Notes under the pieces: model-generated
Database searches by the model: none
What the model was told of the DNA's origin: nothing
The model's input: the letters and a program-made list of their open reading frames with translations, nothing else
Part shown: positions 51,864-64,000 of the stretch, in pieces
Position numbering within the stretch: the first letter of the stretch is position 1
Layout: the number at the start of each line of letters is the position of its first letter
Position numbers and translations under genes: made by a program
Source of the DNA: Octopus sinensis
Lineage: Eukaryota
Direction of reading: 5' to 3'
DNA length: 64,000 nt
Assembly: GCF_006345805.1 (NCBI RefSeq)
Contig: NC_042999.1
Span: 14,198,001 to 14,262,000 of the forward strand

Positions 51864-52925
51864 CAGGAGTGGCTGTGTGGTAAGTAGCATTGCCGGCGGT
51901 TGCTGGTAGACTGGCGGCATGTCTCGAAAACCCTTCGATGGGACGTGTGCCACCAGAGGGGGGAAGAAGAAGGTCCCTCCCAGTGGAAATGTTGAAGAAT
52001 ATGTGATTTTCTGTCTCAGGAGAGGGGCTATAAGAGAATTTTATAGAAAGTTCCTTTAATAGTCGGGATCTGATAGACCTGATTTGTATTCCAGAGTGGC
52101 TTCCGCAGGTGGCTGCTCTGGTACTAGAAGAAAGGAACTTCTATTATATACTGGATCCCTTCTCAAAGGAAGAGTATAGATCTTGTTTATAGGCCCCCAA
52201 CTTGCGGCTGCAGGAATGCCTACAGGAGGCAAGAAAGTTGATTGGGGACTCATTTATGTAATAGGTTTATCGCCTTATTATGTGTATTAAATTGTTTATA
52301 TTTGTAATGGACTTTTTAGTCCATAAAGTGGAATAATTGTTAAATTGTAAGAAAGGGTTAATACCTCATTCAGTGTTTTTAAAACGAACAATGTTTTGGA
52401 GAAGCAAAAGTCGGCGGACGCTTTTTGTCTTCTCCCATCTTTATCATCCTTGTATCATTATCATTCATCTCATTAATGTTTGTGTCCAGCCCCGCAAAGC
52501 TACATTGTCAGTGTTCTGCCTTTATGGCAATGTAAGAAATAAAGTAGCTTGCTTACCTACCACATGGTTCTGGGTTCAGTCCCACTGCGTGGCACCTTGG
52601 ACAAGTGAATTCTACTATAACCTTCTACCGACCAAAGCCTTGTGAGTGGATTTGGTAGACGGAAACTGAAAGAAGCCCGTCGGTTGTATGTATATGTATA
52701 TATATATATATATATATATGTTGTGTGTGTGTGTGTGTGTCTATCTGTATATGTTTGTGTGTCTGCGTTTGTCCCTCCAACATCGCTTGACAACCGATCT
52801 AGCGGTTCAGCAAAAAAAGACCGATAGAATAAGCACTAGGCTTACAAAGAATAAGTTCTGGCGGTGCTCCAGCATGACTGCAGTCAAAAGACTGAAACAA
52901 GTAAAAGAATAATAGAATAAAAGAA
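51864..52925 (+). mobile_element. SINE family A interrupted by a 653 bp insertion (51889-52541)
   Basis: The SINE head stops at AAGTAGC (51882-51888) and resumes at AAGTAGC (52542-52548). Confidence 0.8.
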
Positions 52926-53292
52926 TACTTACACGAACGCATACATATAGACACATCATCATCATCGTCTCTGCCGTCGTTTCTGTTGTTGCCATCGTCG
53001 ACAAGGGCGCCACTAGCAGCAAAGGACAAGAGGTACTTGTTTGGATCATGACACAAAATAGATATGGTAGAGGAGAATGAAAGAAAAAAAAAAGAAAAAG
53101 ACTGTAGCTGAGAGCGATGGAACAAATTGCAAAATCAAACAGGTATTGGCATGTAGTTAAGAAATTTGCTTCATAACGATGTGATCTTGGGTTCGGTTCT
53201 ACGGTGTGGTGTCTTGGACCAACGGCTTGTTTGTGAAATTAGTTGACTGAAACTGTGTGGAAACTCGTCGTACACACACATTCCATCTCCCT

Positions 53293-53335
<43 letters not shown>

Positions 53336-53441
53336 TAATAAATATTAGGGAATAAATCCAAACTTACAGGGAAAAATCAGATTTAGGATTGAATCCAATT
53401 TTATAGTAAAATATTATATTATATTAAATTAGAGACAAAAC

Positions 53442-53505
53442 CACCTGATGAATGACTGTGACTCGGAATTTAAAAAAAATTAACAGCCATGAAACGATCG
53501 TAGTG
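53442..53505 (+). ncRNA. Type-I hammerhead ribozyme with long helix II, intact core
   Basis: CAC-CUGAUGA-AUGACUGU...ACAGCCAU-GAAAC-GAUC-GUA-GUG; palindromic ACGAUCGU helix III. Confidence 0.7.
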
Positions 53506-53919
53506 TGATATTAATTATATTTTTTTAATAATTTTGTTATATATTTAAATAATATAAATTAAATAATCTTATGTATTGGCTTAAGTTTTTCATTGTATGA
53601 TTTGCCTAATAGTGGTTTTGTCTCTAATTTAATATAATATATATATATATATATATACTTTTTATCTACCCTTTACGGATTCTCGTTTGGATATTTACCC
53701 TCCTGCTGCACCTCCCCTACATACGGATCACTGTGGACTCAACTCTTGATGAGAAATCTTTGCAATACACCACGACATCAAAAAACCTTTGAACTTTACG
53801 TAAAACTGTTATTATTGTCATTACTTTATTTTTATATTTATTTTTATACTTTCTAAACTCTCCTGCATTTTTTGGTCTTTCCTTTTGTCGTCTCTTCTCC
53901 TTGTTTTTTTTGTGTGTCC

Positions 53920-53955
53920 CTTTCTGTAGAAAAGCGTAGGCTCGAAACGTAAAAG
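53920..53955 (+). ncRNA. Decayed family D-related hammerhead
   Basis: CUUU-CUGUAGA-A-AAGC(GUAG)GCUC-GAAAC-GUA-AAAG; helix I shows compensatory change relative to family D, but the core is mutated. Confidence 0.55.
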
Positions 53956-54047
53956 ACTTTTTCTATTCCTGAGCGTTATACTAATACATCTGTTTGTTTT
54001 GTATACCATCTGTCTTCGTCTTTTGTGTTTTTTCGTAAACTCTCCCT

Positions 54048-54119
<72 letters not shown>

Positions 54120-54120
54120 G

Positions 54121-54151
<31 letters not shown>

Positions 54152-54294
54152 TGTGTGTGTGTGTGTAATTTTATAATTAATAAATAATTATAATAGAGGG
54201 TACACTAAGCACCAGTGTAATTCCTTTACCTTTCATCCTTTCGGGTTCGATAAAATGAGCACCATTTGAGACACCTGTCTTGTTATAACTTTAC

Positions 54295-54416
54295 GGGCGT
54301 GGCTGTGTGGTAAGAAGCTTGCTTCCCAACGACAAGGTTCCGAGTTCAGGCCTCCTGCGTGGCACTTTGGGTAAAAATCTTCTACTTGTAAGTGATTGAC
54401 GGAAACTGAAAGAAGC

Positions 54417-54485
<69 letters not shown>

Positions 54486-54750
54486 CCTATCTATCTACCC
54501 ATCTATCTATTTATGTATGTGTGTGTGTGTGATTGTCCCTCACCACTGCTTCACAACCAGTGCTTCACAACCATTGTTGATGTGTTTGCGTCTCCGTAAC
54601 TTAGCAGTTTGGCAAAAGAGACTGATAGAATAAGTATCAGGCTTAAAAAAGACGAGTACTTGAGTCGGTTCATTCGACTAAAAATTCTTCAATGCGGTGC
54701 TCCAGCATGACCGCAGTCTAATAACTGAAGCAAATAAAGGATAAAACAAT
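54295..54750 (+). mobile_element. Older SINE family A copy with internal (TCTA)n
   Basis: Match to the family consensus. Confidence 0.8.
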
Positions 54751-55018
54751 AATCTGGAAATTTAGAGCAGCTTAGTATGGGATCTGTCTCCTAACCCTCA
54801 AGGACCTTTTCTTGGGGCTCTTCCTCAAACCTTACATTTTATGAAAGGAGATTTTCAGGAGTTCTGAATAGACCCCTTGTTTCGTCTGTATCATAAATCC
54901 ATATTTCTGTCTCCGCGAGAAAATCATTTACTTTCACCACTTTTGTCGATGGACAGGTACTATTAACTCACTGTTCTCTCTCCGAACAACTGTGAGGTTC
55001 TGCAGAGTTAATTGGGAT

Positions 55019-55454
55019 GTTTTCGGTTTGAACGGCAGTTTTTTAAAAATAATTTCCACGTAACTAAACACTTTTAAACTTCGTATATTGGTAGAATGTG
55101 TTTATAAAATATCTTTTTTCTCTTGGCTTTATTGAGAAAATTCTATAGTTTGAAAGATATTTGTTGTTTTTTCTTCAATTTCTGCAATTTCAACCAATCA
55201 ATGATGTCTATTGAGATGAAAACATTCTGTGCCGTATGAAAATGTCCCTCGTTTAAGAAACAGATTGGGTTTATTTATATTTCTGAAGAAAAAAAGATAC
55301 CCTTCCCCCACCCCTAACCCTAACCATAACCCTAACTAACCCTAACTCTAACCCTAAAACAGATTGAAATGCAATAGATTGATACTAGGGTCATAATTAT
55401 GGGTGACAATTTCATATGACACCGCTAGAAAAAACTGTCGTTCAAACCGAAAAG
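55019..55454 (-). mobile_element. Telomeric-repeat MITE, independent insertion
   Basis: Same TIRs and interior as 32841-33258, reversed; CCCTAA-like run at ~55311-55356. Confidence 0.88.
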
Positions 55455-55562
55455 ATCCGTTAATTGTTGCTGTTATGGATGTTGTTGTGCCAATTATTGT
55501 CTCTACTTTGATTGTTGTTGTGAATCTAGTTCTTGTTTTGGTGTCGCCACGTTTGCTTCAAC

Positions 55563-55597
<35 letters not shown>

Positions 55598-57131
55598 TTA
55601 AGTGTTGTTATTGTTACTGTTGGTCTGCTCGCTGAATCGTTTGTCTCGCAAAGTTCTAGTTTTGTGTCTGATTATTCGGATTGCCAAGCTTTTGGGTCTG
55701 GGAGTTAAGAGTGCTAGTTTCATCCCTTTCACACCTCATCAACTTTGTTGGCCAGATCTGTCATTTCTTCGATACTTTTTGTCATTTTATTCGATACTTG
55801 CCTGTTATCCTCGTGATCATTTTTCATCTCAATAATCGAAAGGTGTGAACTCTGTATGTGTGCATATCTGAGCTTATTCTTACGCACGTATGTTTATAAA
55901 ATTGTTACTTCGTTTAAGAAGATTTCCACAACACAGAAATCTTTCTGGATTGCTGTTGTTGTTGCTTTTATTTTGTTGTTGGCCTGGCTGATAATTTTAC
56001 TGCGGTTGTGGCAGAGGCCATGATGGTAGCGAGTGACATCACTCAATTTATTTTTCTCCTTCCTTGAGGAAGAATGCCATAAAGCGTTCTCTTGTCCAGC
56101 TAGTGTAACCGTTAGGCATTACCATTTTCTCACACTCCATTATTGCCTTAAGGCATGGACACATTGAATAGTTTCCAGCGGTCTCCACCATTCTGGAGGC
56201 TGAATGCTAACCTGTCAATGTCGGGGTTGTGTATACAAAGGATTCAGTGCATTGCTTTGCTCAGGGGCCTATAATACAGTCCTGGCTAACCTGTGAAATT
56301 CCTTGGACGTTCCTGTCTGGTTTTGTTGTGGAGTGAACATATGTCCTATGTCTCGTCTTCAACTATTGCTGCCAGTCTAGTTTTTGTCTCTTTTACGCAG
56401 CACGTTGATTATTCACTTTTCCCACGTGCTAGGACATATTAAGGGAGGAGAGACTCTCTGTCGGTAACGACGATAAATGTTCTAGTTGATCCGATCAACG
56501 GAACAGCCTGATCGTGAAATTAACGTGCGACTGGCTGAGTACACCATAAACACACATACCCTTAACGGAGTTCTCAGAGAGATTCCGCGTGATGCCGAGT
56601 GTGAGAAAGCCAGCCCTTTCAAAATACGGGTGCAACTCATTTCTGCCAGCTGAGTGAACTTGAGAACCGTGAAATAAAGTGTCTTGCTCAAGGAGCCAAC
56701 GTACCGCCGGAAATCGAACTCACGACTTTAAGATAGTGAGCCGAATACCGTAACCAGTAAGCCATGCTCCTTCACTGGGCCATATAAAGTGACATAAACG
56801 CAAATTATATTGTGAGGTACAAGGTGTGGTTGACAATATACATGTTTCATGGCCATTGAGTCAAATTGCTACTATAGTACCGCGCTGTTTCCTTTTGTCA
56901 CGTTCCCCCACACAACTTCCACACGTCTTTCAGACATTTTTCACTTTCAGCTAGCGTGGAATATTCCAGTGACCTATTTCTTTGTTTATTCATATATCTG
57001 TATGAAACCTATCCACGAATGGTGTGGTGTCGGTCGCTTCTTTTGGCGACAGCAAAATGAAAGTAGAATGTTAACAACAATACAAAGATTTATATATGTA
57101 TGCATGAATACATATATGTATGTATGTATAA

Positions 57132-57590
57132 TGTCAGGTCACTTTCGAGTGCTACTGGTAACATGTAACCCAATACAACCTGTTGCATGGTCAGGTCGTT
57201 GGCGACTAAACCGGCAGCCTCACCAGAGGAGGGTGATTATTGGACACCCTGCAGGATGAAAAACAAAACCCGTCAAAGGGCAGAGGAACTCTTGAGAGTC
57301 AACGGCCATCCAATAAATGTCTTAAGGCTGTATCATGCGCGGGGACATAGAAATAATCGGATTGAATACCCGATCGTGCGGTTAAACCATTGGGAGTGAA
57401 GAACTCCTACCCTTTGTTAGGGCATCCTTCTAGGAGAAGGTAACTCAGGTAACTGGGATAACTCCGACATAAAACCTGCGGCTCAGTGGTTACCGATGAT
57501 GTTGACTTGTTCTTCTTTTCGGATTATGACTGCTGTTGCTTAGTGAGTGGGATTGACTCAGTGCACAGCCTTTCCTCACTTTAAAAAAAT
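57132..57590 (+). mobile_element. Possible 5' UTR fragment of an RTE-type LINE
   Basis: GC-richer structured segment with CCTTCTAGGAGAAGGTAACTC, resembling RTE 5' UTR motifs as I recall them. Confidence 0.35.
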
Positions 57591-58639
57591 CTTCTTGCAC
57601 AGGCATTGCACGATAACAGCATTGATTAAGCTTCGTGCAATGGCCATACTCGATAACGAGGGGGCAGCCACCATGTATGTATGTATGTATGTATGTATGT
57701 ATGTATGTATGTATGTATGTATGTATGTATTGTTCCTATCTATCTATCTGTCTGAGTGTGTATGTATGTATTTATCTCCGTGTGTTTAGATGTCTCTTTT
57801 CTCCCCGTCTCCCTCTTTCTGTATAAATAAATATGTTTGTGTATAAATGTATGTATCGAGAGAGAAAAATGCATCCATATATGCAATGAACGTTACTTAC
57901 ATAGAACGTTTCTTGCATTTTTTTTTATAATTTTTAGTTTATATTCGTACTTTTAGAATGAATATATTAGCATAACATATTAACATATATATCTCCAAGA
58001 TCACGATGTGACGTGGGCGGCGTGTAGCATGCGAATTGCCAGCAACGGAAGTGTTAACGACGTCCCAACTGGCTTCGCTTTGGCTGTTATTTTCATCTCG
58101 AAGAAAACCATAATTTAATCAGGAAGAAAGAAGAGAAAATATGGAACAAAGTACAAAAGCAACAATACAAAACAAGCGATTCAACAAACAACTTCCAAAC
58201 AAATACAGGGAAATTGGAGTCTTGTATTTAATTATTCATCTTGATTACAATAGCATATTGAGTTGCATGATTGGTTAAATTAAAGTCACACGGCGCAATA
58301 TGTTCGCACAAAGACGTTGTTTCCGATTTATTCCGATTTATTTGTAAACTATCCTTTGTTAAAATAACTTATAAACATATATTTCTTGTTGAATGTAATA
58401 TAGATCGTCGAATAATACCGGCCCGTAATTATAGATATTTGCTCTCTTAGTTTCGGAAGAAAATTTGCCAAATATGATTGTGGTTGGAAACAACAAGCGG
58501 GAAAGCAAAATATAAATTAGGAAAAATAAATAATGACAAAGATAAAAGAATGAAAAGAAAAATGCCAAAAAAACAAACGGTTATTTCTTTGGCCTTTCCT
58601 TTAACTATTCGATTAACCTAAATTAAGACCAGCAAACAG

Positions 58640-59255
58640 CGCACACACACACACACACACAACACACACACAACACACACACACACAATCACAATCACTC
58701 ACACACACAATCACTCACACACACAATCACAATCACACACACACACAATCACTCACTCACACACACAATCACTCACACACACAATCACACGCACACACAA
58801 TCATAATCACACACACAATCACAATCACTCACACACACAATCACTCACACACACAATCACTCACACACACAATCACAATCACTCACACACACAATCACTC
58901 ACACACACAATCACTCACACACACAATCACACACACACACAATCACAATCACTCACACACACAATCACTCACACACACAATCACTCACACACACAATCAC
59001 AATCACTCACACACACAATCACTCACACACACAATCACACACACACACACACAATCACTCACACACACAATCACACACACAATCACACACGCACAACACA
59101 CACACACACACATACACAATCACTCACACACACAATCACTCACACACACAATCACAATCACTCACTCACACACACAATCACTCACACACACAATCACACG
59201 CACACACAATCATAATCACACACACAATCACACACACACAATACACACACACATA
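58640..59255. repeat. Minisatellite of ACACACAATCACTC (14 bp) and variants
   Basis: Direct reading. Confidence 0.95.
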
Positions 59256-59799
59256 ATGCGTAATCGTGGTTTACGGTCGATCATCATCAAAATCGGCAGC
59301 CGAGGACAAGAAGAAGGACTTGTTTGGAAAAAGCGTATCAGGAAATTTTATCGATTTCAAGTAAATCTTTTTGATCAGTAGAATAAATAAGAGACATGCT
59401 TTGCGATAGTAAGTAGAATAAGAAACATTGCCATTTGCAGAGCAGATGGCGTAATTTGAATTGAAAGTCAATCATTACGGTGTGTATATCGACTTTTCGT
59501 ACATTTGATACAGCCTCGTCAATTAGATATATTACTACTTCTATTTCACTCTACTTAATGCCAAGCAACTTTGAAAGAGAGAGAGAGATAAAAAAAAAAA
59601 ATGGAAAATAAAAAAAGGAAAAAAGAAAGAGAAAGCAGCGCGGAAAGTGAAGATAAAAATGAATGATGATAAAAAGAAGAAAAGAAAAAATGAAAGAAAA
59701 GAATGACTAACAACGAGAACAAACAAGAAAAGCAAGTAAAATAGTAAGCAAGTGTAGAACAGATAAATTTATAAAGATCGAAGGAAGAAAGGGAAGAAC

Positions 59800-60225
59800 G
59801 AGAAATAGATAGATAGATAGAAGTGAAAGGAATATAGATGTGTGTATATATATATATATATGTGTGTGTGTGTGCATGTATAGTGAGAGAGAGAACTAGA
59901 TAGATAGATAGACAGATACATGAATAAATAGATAGATAGGTGAATAAATAGATGGATAGATAGATAGATAGGTAGATGAATAAATAGATGGATAGATAGA
60001 CAGACAGAGAGACAGATAGATGGTTAGATAGACAGGCAGAGAGATAGATAGAGAGATAGATAGATAGACAGGCAGAAAGATAGATAGATAGATAGACAGG
60101 CAGAGAGATAGATAGACAGATAGAGAGATAGATAGATAGATAGATAGATAGACAGGCAGAGAGATAGATAGAGAGATAGATAGATAGACAGGCAGAAAGA
60201 TAGATAGATAGATAGACAGGCAGAG

Positions 60226-60301
<76 letters not shown>

Positions 60302-60382
60302 GTATAACGAATGAGAAAGAAAAGCGAAGAATGACGAGAGAATGAAGCCGAAGAAAGAAAAGAAAGCGTGGTGGGAAACTGG

Positions 60383-60451
<69 letters not shown>

Positions 60452-60455
60452 AGAA
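59800..60455. repeat. (GATA)n with higher-order GACAGGCAGA interruptions, plus (GA)n
   Basis: Direct reading; source of the 305/204/155 aa SIYL ORFs. Confidence 0.95.
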
Positions 60456-61051
60456 CGGAAAAAGAAAGACAAGATAAGAAGATAGAAACATTAATGGTTA
60501 TGTGCAACAATTCTCTTCTAAGCAGCAGACAATGGAATCAAGCTAGATTGAAGTGTAACTTACACTGAAATCATAATTGTTGAAATCTGAGATGTTTCCA
60601 GAGAAAGGCGTTTTCGTAATAAATCACACAGCATTGCATATTTCAGGTACCCACATATTTTGCAACTAATTGCTTTGCTTTGCTGCTGCTCAAGTCTTTG
60701 TTAAGGATTGCAGTCAATCCTTACTATAAAATCTGGGTTTTCTTTACGAACGAGTTTCTTTCTGTATAATCCAGGACGTTTGAGAGCATTTCATTGGTTG
60801 GTTGATATTTGTTGGCGGTGATGGAGGTGATTGTGATGGCTGTTGCTTAGTTCCAGATTAGCTCTTATCATGTAAACCTTTTATCATCAAAAGCTCTCGA
60901 GCCGTGCCCATCCTGTCTTTTCTTTTTCAAACCTAGGCTTACATGATACCATATGTTTCATCTTCCTTTTCTATCTATCTATCTTTCTGTCAGTCTGTGT
61001 ATGACAGTATTATATACATATGTACGTATAAATATATATATACATATGTAC

Positions 61052-61083
<32 letters not shown>

Positions 61084-61257
61084 GAAGGAGACGTACATAT
61101 ATATATATATATATATATGTACGTCTCCTTCTTCCTTCTTTCCTGAGCGTCCAATAATACTTTATTTGTTCCACATCCTTGCGTTGTTGTCTTTTTGTTT
61201 TCTTGTTTGGATTAACTTTATATATATATACACATGTACGTATATATAGATATGTGC

Positions 61258-61330
<73 letters not shown>

Positions 61331-61340
61331 ATTATGTGCG

Positions 61341-61383
<43 letters not shown>

Positions 61384-61545
61384 GCTTTTTGTAATGAGAT
61401 AGAAAACCAAGGGTGTGTAGATTTTAGAACATTTAAAAATATTCGTATAATCACCGAACCTGGAGCCTTAACTATGGTCTATCCATAGCACTTATTCAGC
61501 ATTACCTGACACCTTCGGGTCTCACTGACACCATTACCTCTAATA

Positions 61546-61589
<44 letters not shown>

Positions 61590-61788
61590 TACATTATACT
61601 TATATATACACATTCATATACATTCATGTATATATGTATTGTATTATATATATTGTAGTGAGTCAAAAATTTTACAGTTTTGTTACCTATTCGTCAAGTT
61701 TCAACCAAAGAAGCCCAGCATTCGAAGTAGAGGCCATCGCGTCGCACCGTCTGAATCCATCTTTCTGTCAGTTACTTGATCCTACACT

Positions 61789-62201
61789 CTTTTACTCTTT
61801 TACTTGTTTCAGTCATTTGACTGCGGCCATGCTGGAGCACCGCCTTTAGTCGAGCAAATCGACCCCGGGACTTATTCTTTGTAAGCCCAGTACTTATTCT
61901 ATCGGTCTCTTTTTGCCGAACCGCTAAGTGACGGGGACGAAAACACACCAGCATCGGTTGTCAAGCAATGCTAGGGAGACAAACACAGACACACAAACAC
62001 ACACACATAATACATATATATATATATATACATATATACGACAGGCTTCTTTCAGTTTCCGTCTACCAAATCCACTCACAAGGCATTGGTCGGCCCGAGG
62101 ATATAGCAGAAGACACTTGCCCAAGATGCCACGCAGTGGGACTGAACCCGGAACCATGTGGTTGGTTAGCAAGCTACTTACCACACAGCCACTCCTGCGC
62201 C
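61789..62201 (-). mobile_element. Young SINE family A copy with TSD TACACT
   Basis: TACACT at 61783-61788 and 62202-62207. Confidence 0.92.
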
Positions 62202-62419
62202 TACACTGATGATAGTTCTTGTGCTTCGAGGCGATGAACTCCTCTTCTTTGAAGCTTCTATACCCCCTCTTGGCTGATGAAGCGTCGCGAGTGTAGGCAA
62301 TGAGCGAAGAAGTAATAATCGGAGGGAGATATTTTCCCGGAATAATTACGTGCATAAGCAATGTTTACGCAAAGGACCTGTCGCTAAACATGGGCGTTTC
62401 GAATACAATGTGACGCTCT

Positions 62420-62700
62420 ACGCCTGGTAGAATTATGAGAAGATAATCTAACTACGAGGTTGTTCCGTATGGTCGAACCATCGATGATAACTTGTGCTCA
62501 GAACTGCTGGAGCAGATGTATGCTGCTGTGCGGTAAAAATACCTGTCATTGGTTAACTGAAAGCAAGCTCTTCTGCAATAAGACAACGCAAACCCTCAAA
62601 GACAACGCAAACCCTCAAAGACAACGCAAGTCCTCGTACTACTCGAATAACCAGGAATAATAAACTCCACTAACTTGAGGAAATCGAATTGATGCTATTC
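62420..62700 (+). mobile_element. Mariner catalytic-domain fragment
   Basis: YEVVPYGRTI...ELLEQMYAAVR*KYLSLVN*KQALLQ*DNANP; contains an 18 bp tandem duplication. Confidence 0.65.
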
Positions 62701-62838
62701 TTGCACAGACACACACACACACACACACACACTGTGGGAGAGTCGTAAGGGATCACTTGCATGAAACAGAGCTAATGGCTAACAATCTCTTTTTATCTAG
62801 TATGCAAAATAAATAAATGAGTAAATAAATAAACAGAT

Positions 62839-63219
62839 ATGGATGGAAGCACTCCGTCGGTTACGACGATGAGGGTTCCGGTTGATCCGATCAACGGAAC
62901 AGCCTGCTCGTGAAATTAACGTGTAAGTGGCTGAGCACTCCACAGACACGTGTACCCTTAACGTAGTTCTCGAGGATATTCAACGTGACAAAGATAGTGA
63001 CAAGGCCGGCCCTTTGAAATACAGGTACAACAGAAACAGGAAGTAAGAGAAAGTTGTGGTGAAAGAGTACAACAGGGATCACCACTATCCCCTGCCGGAG
63101 CCTCGTGGAGCTTTAGGTGTTTTCGCTCAATAAACACTCACAACGCCCGGTCTGGGAATCGAAACCGCGATCCTATGACCGCGAGTCCGCTGCCCTAACC
63201 ACTGGGCCATTGCGCCTCC
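62839..63219 (-). mobile_element. SINE family C, young
   Basis: Nearly identical to 51205-51595. Confidence 0.9.
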
Positions 63220-63809
63220 ACACAAATAAACAGATAAATCCAGAGAACACTGTGGGCGTTGACAGACCATTTCTGCAACATTCAATATGACAATATTTCT
63301 GATGATAAACGGTAGGATATGAGTCATATCCTCCACAACCCTTAACAAGTAGCTGATAAAAGATCACGAGTCTATAAGATATATTGCCCTAAATCTGTGT
63401 AATTTTTTAATATTAATTAGAACAAAACGGAGTCTCATATTTAGGGCATGTGACATTAATAATGAGTGTATTTGTGAACTCTTAGTACAAAAGGGTTCGA
63501 GAAGCTACATTAAATTGTGTAAGACAATTAAACTGGATAAATACGGTTTTAATAATTAGCTATTTGGTTCAATGATTCAAAACACATATGTTACTGTCAG
63601 AGGAAACGTGGCTTACTTATTTTATCATACTACAAATATTTCTTTTCTTTATTTCGCGCCCTAGAACTCATTAGGCTGATTATCCGGCTCCCGTAACCGA
63701 GATCATAACACTCCCCAGGAACGAGGCGCTGGTCCGTGACAGAGTTGAAAGAGAAATTTTGAAGGGAAGGGACAAATTCGATTACATCAGCTAAAGTAAC
63801 TGAGTGGTT

Positions 63810-63927
63810 CTTTATTTTATCGACCGCGAAAGGCAAAGTCGATCTCGATGGAATTTGAACTCAGAACCTAAAGGAACGAAAGAAACGCTAAGCATTTTGT
63901 CTGATGTGCTAATGATTCTGCCAGCAC
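63810..63927 (-). mobile_element. Decayed SINE family B 5' half
   Basis: GGCAAAGTCGATCTCGATGGAATTTGAACTCAGAAC. Confidence 0.7.
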
Positions 63928-64000
63928 AAAACCTAACCTACAAATCGTTACTTTCTGTTAATTTCATATCAAAATTCTAATTTCTTTTTTAGATAAGGGT

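Noticed and set aside
55311-55356. Telomere or chromosome-fusion scar
   Set aside because: The short imperfect CCCTAA run is internal to a MITE.
55480-56400. Decayed coding sequence on the minus strand (coiled-coil-like fragments)
   Set aside because: Too many stops and no diagnostic motif; it cannot be assigned.
58640-59255. CRISPR-like array
   Set aside because: Eukaryotic context; no unique spacers in this or any other repeat.
59270-59560. Several overlapping short open frames on both strands
   Set aside because: Mutually incompatible, with no recognisable domain or clear splice pair.
59555-60510. 305/204/155 aa ORFs
   Set aside because: Translations of (TATC)n and (TC)n microsatellites.

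Overview
Eukaryotic, AT-rich, repeat-dense intronic/intergenic DNA. The SINE families and microsatellite load look like a coleoid cephalopod, most likely Octopus; this is recognition from memory, not a database hit. No complete protein-coding gene is supported, and almost all long entries in the ORF track are microsatellite artefacts. The window is built from three tRNA-derived SINE families, mariner remnants and MITEs, two complete non-autonomous Helitrons, one or two solo LTRs, Dong/R4- and RTE-type LINE fragments and many SSRs. Structure beyond routine repeats: (1) seven minimal type-I hammerhead ribozyme motifs from four unrelated small elements, mostly next to (TA)n. Two lie within perfect inverted repeats, and one has a U3-A8 compensatory core. 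(2) A ~2.4 kb unit triplicated in tandem (30.1-37.5 kb) with junctions in (CA)n tracts, carrying a possible promoter/first exon. (3) An isolated minus-strand exon resembling a glycoprotein-hormone-receptor LRR. (4) A cryptic, highly diverged ~27-28 bp repeat over ~1.4 kb.
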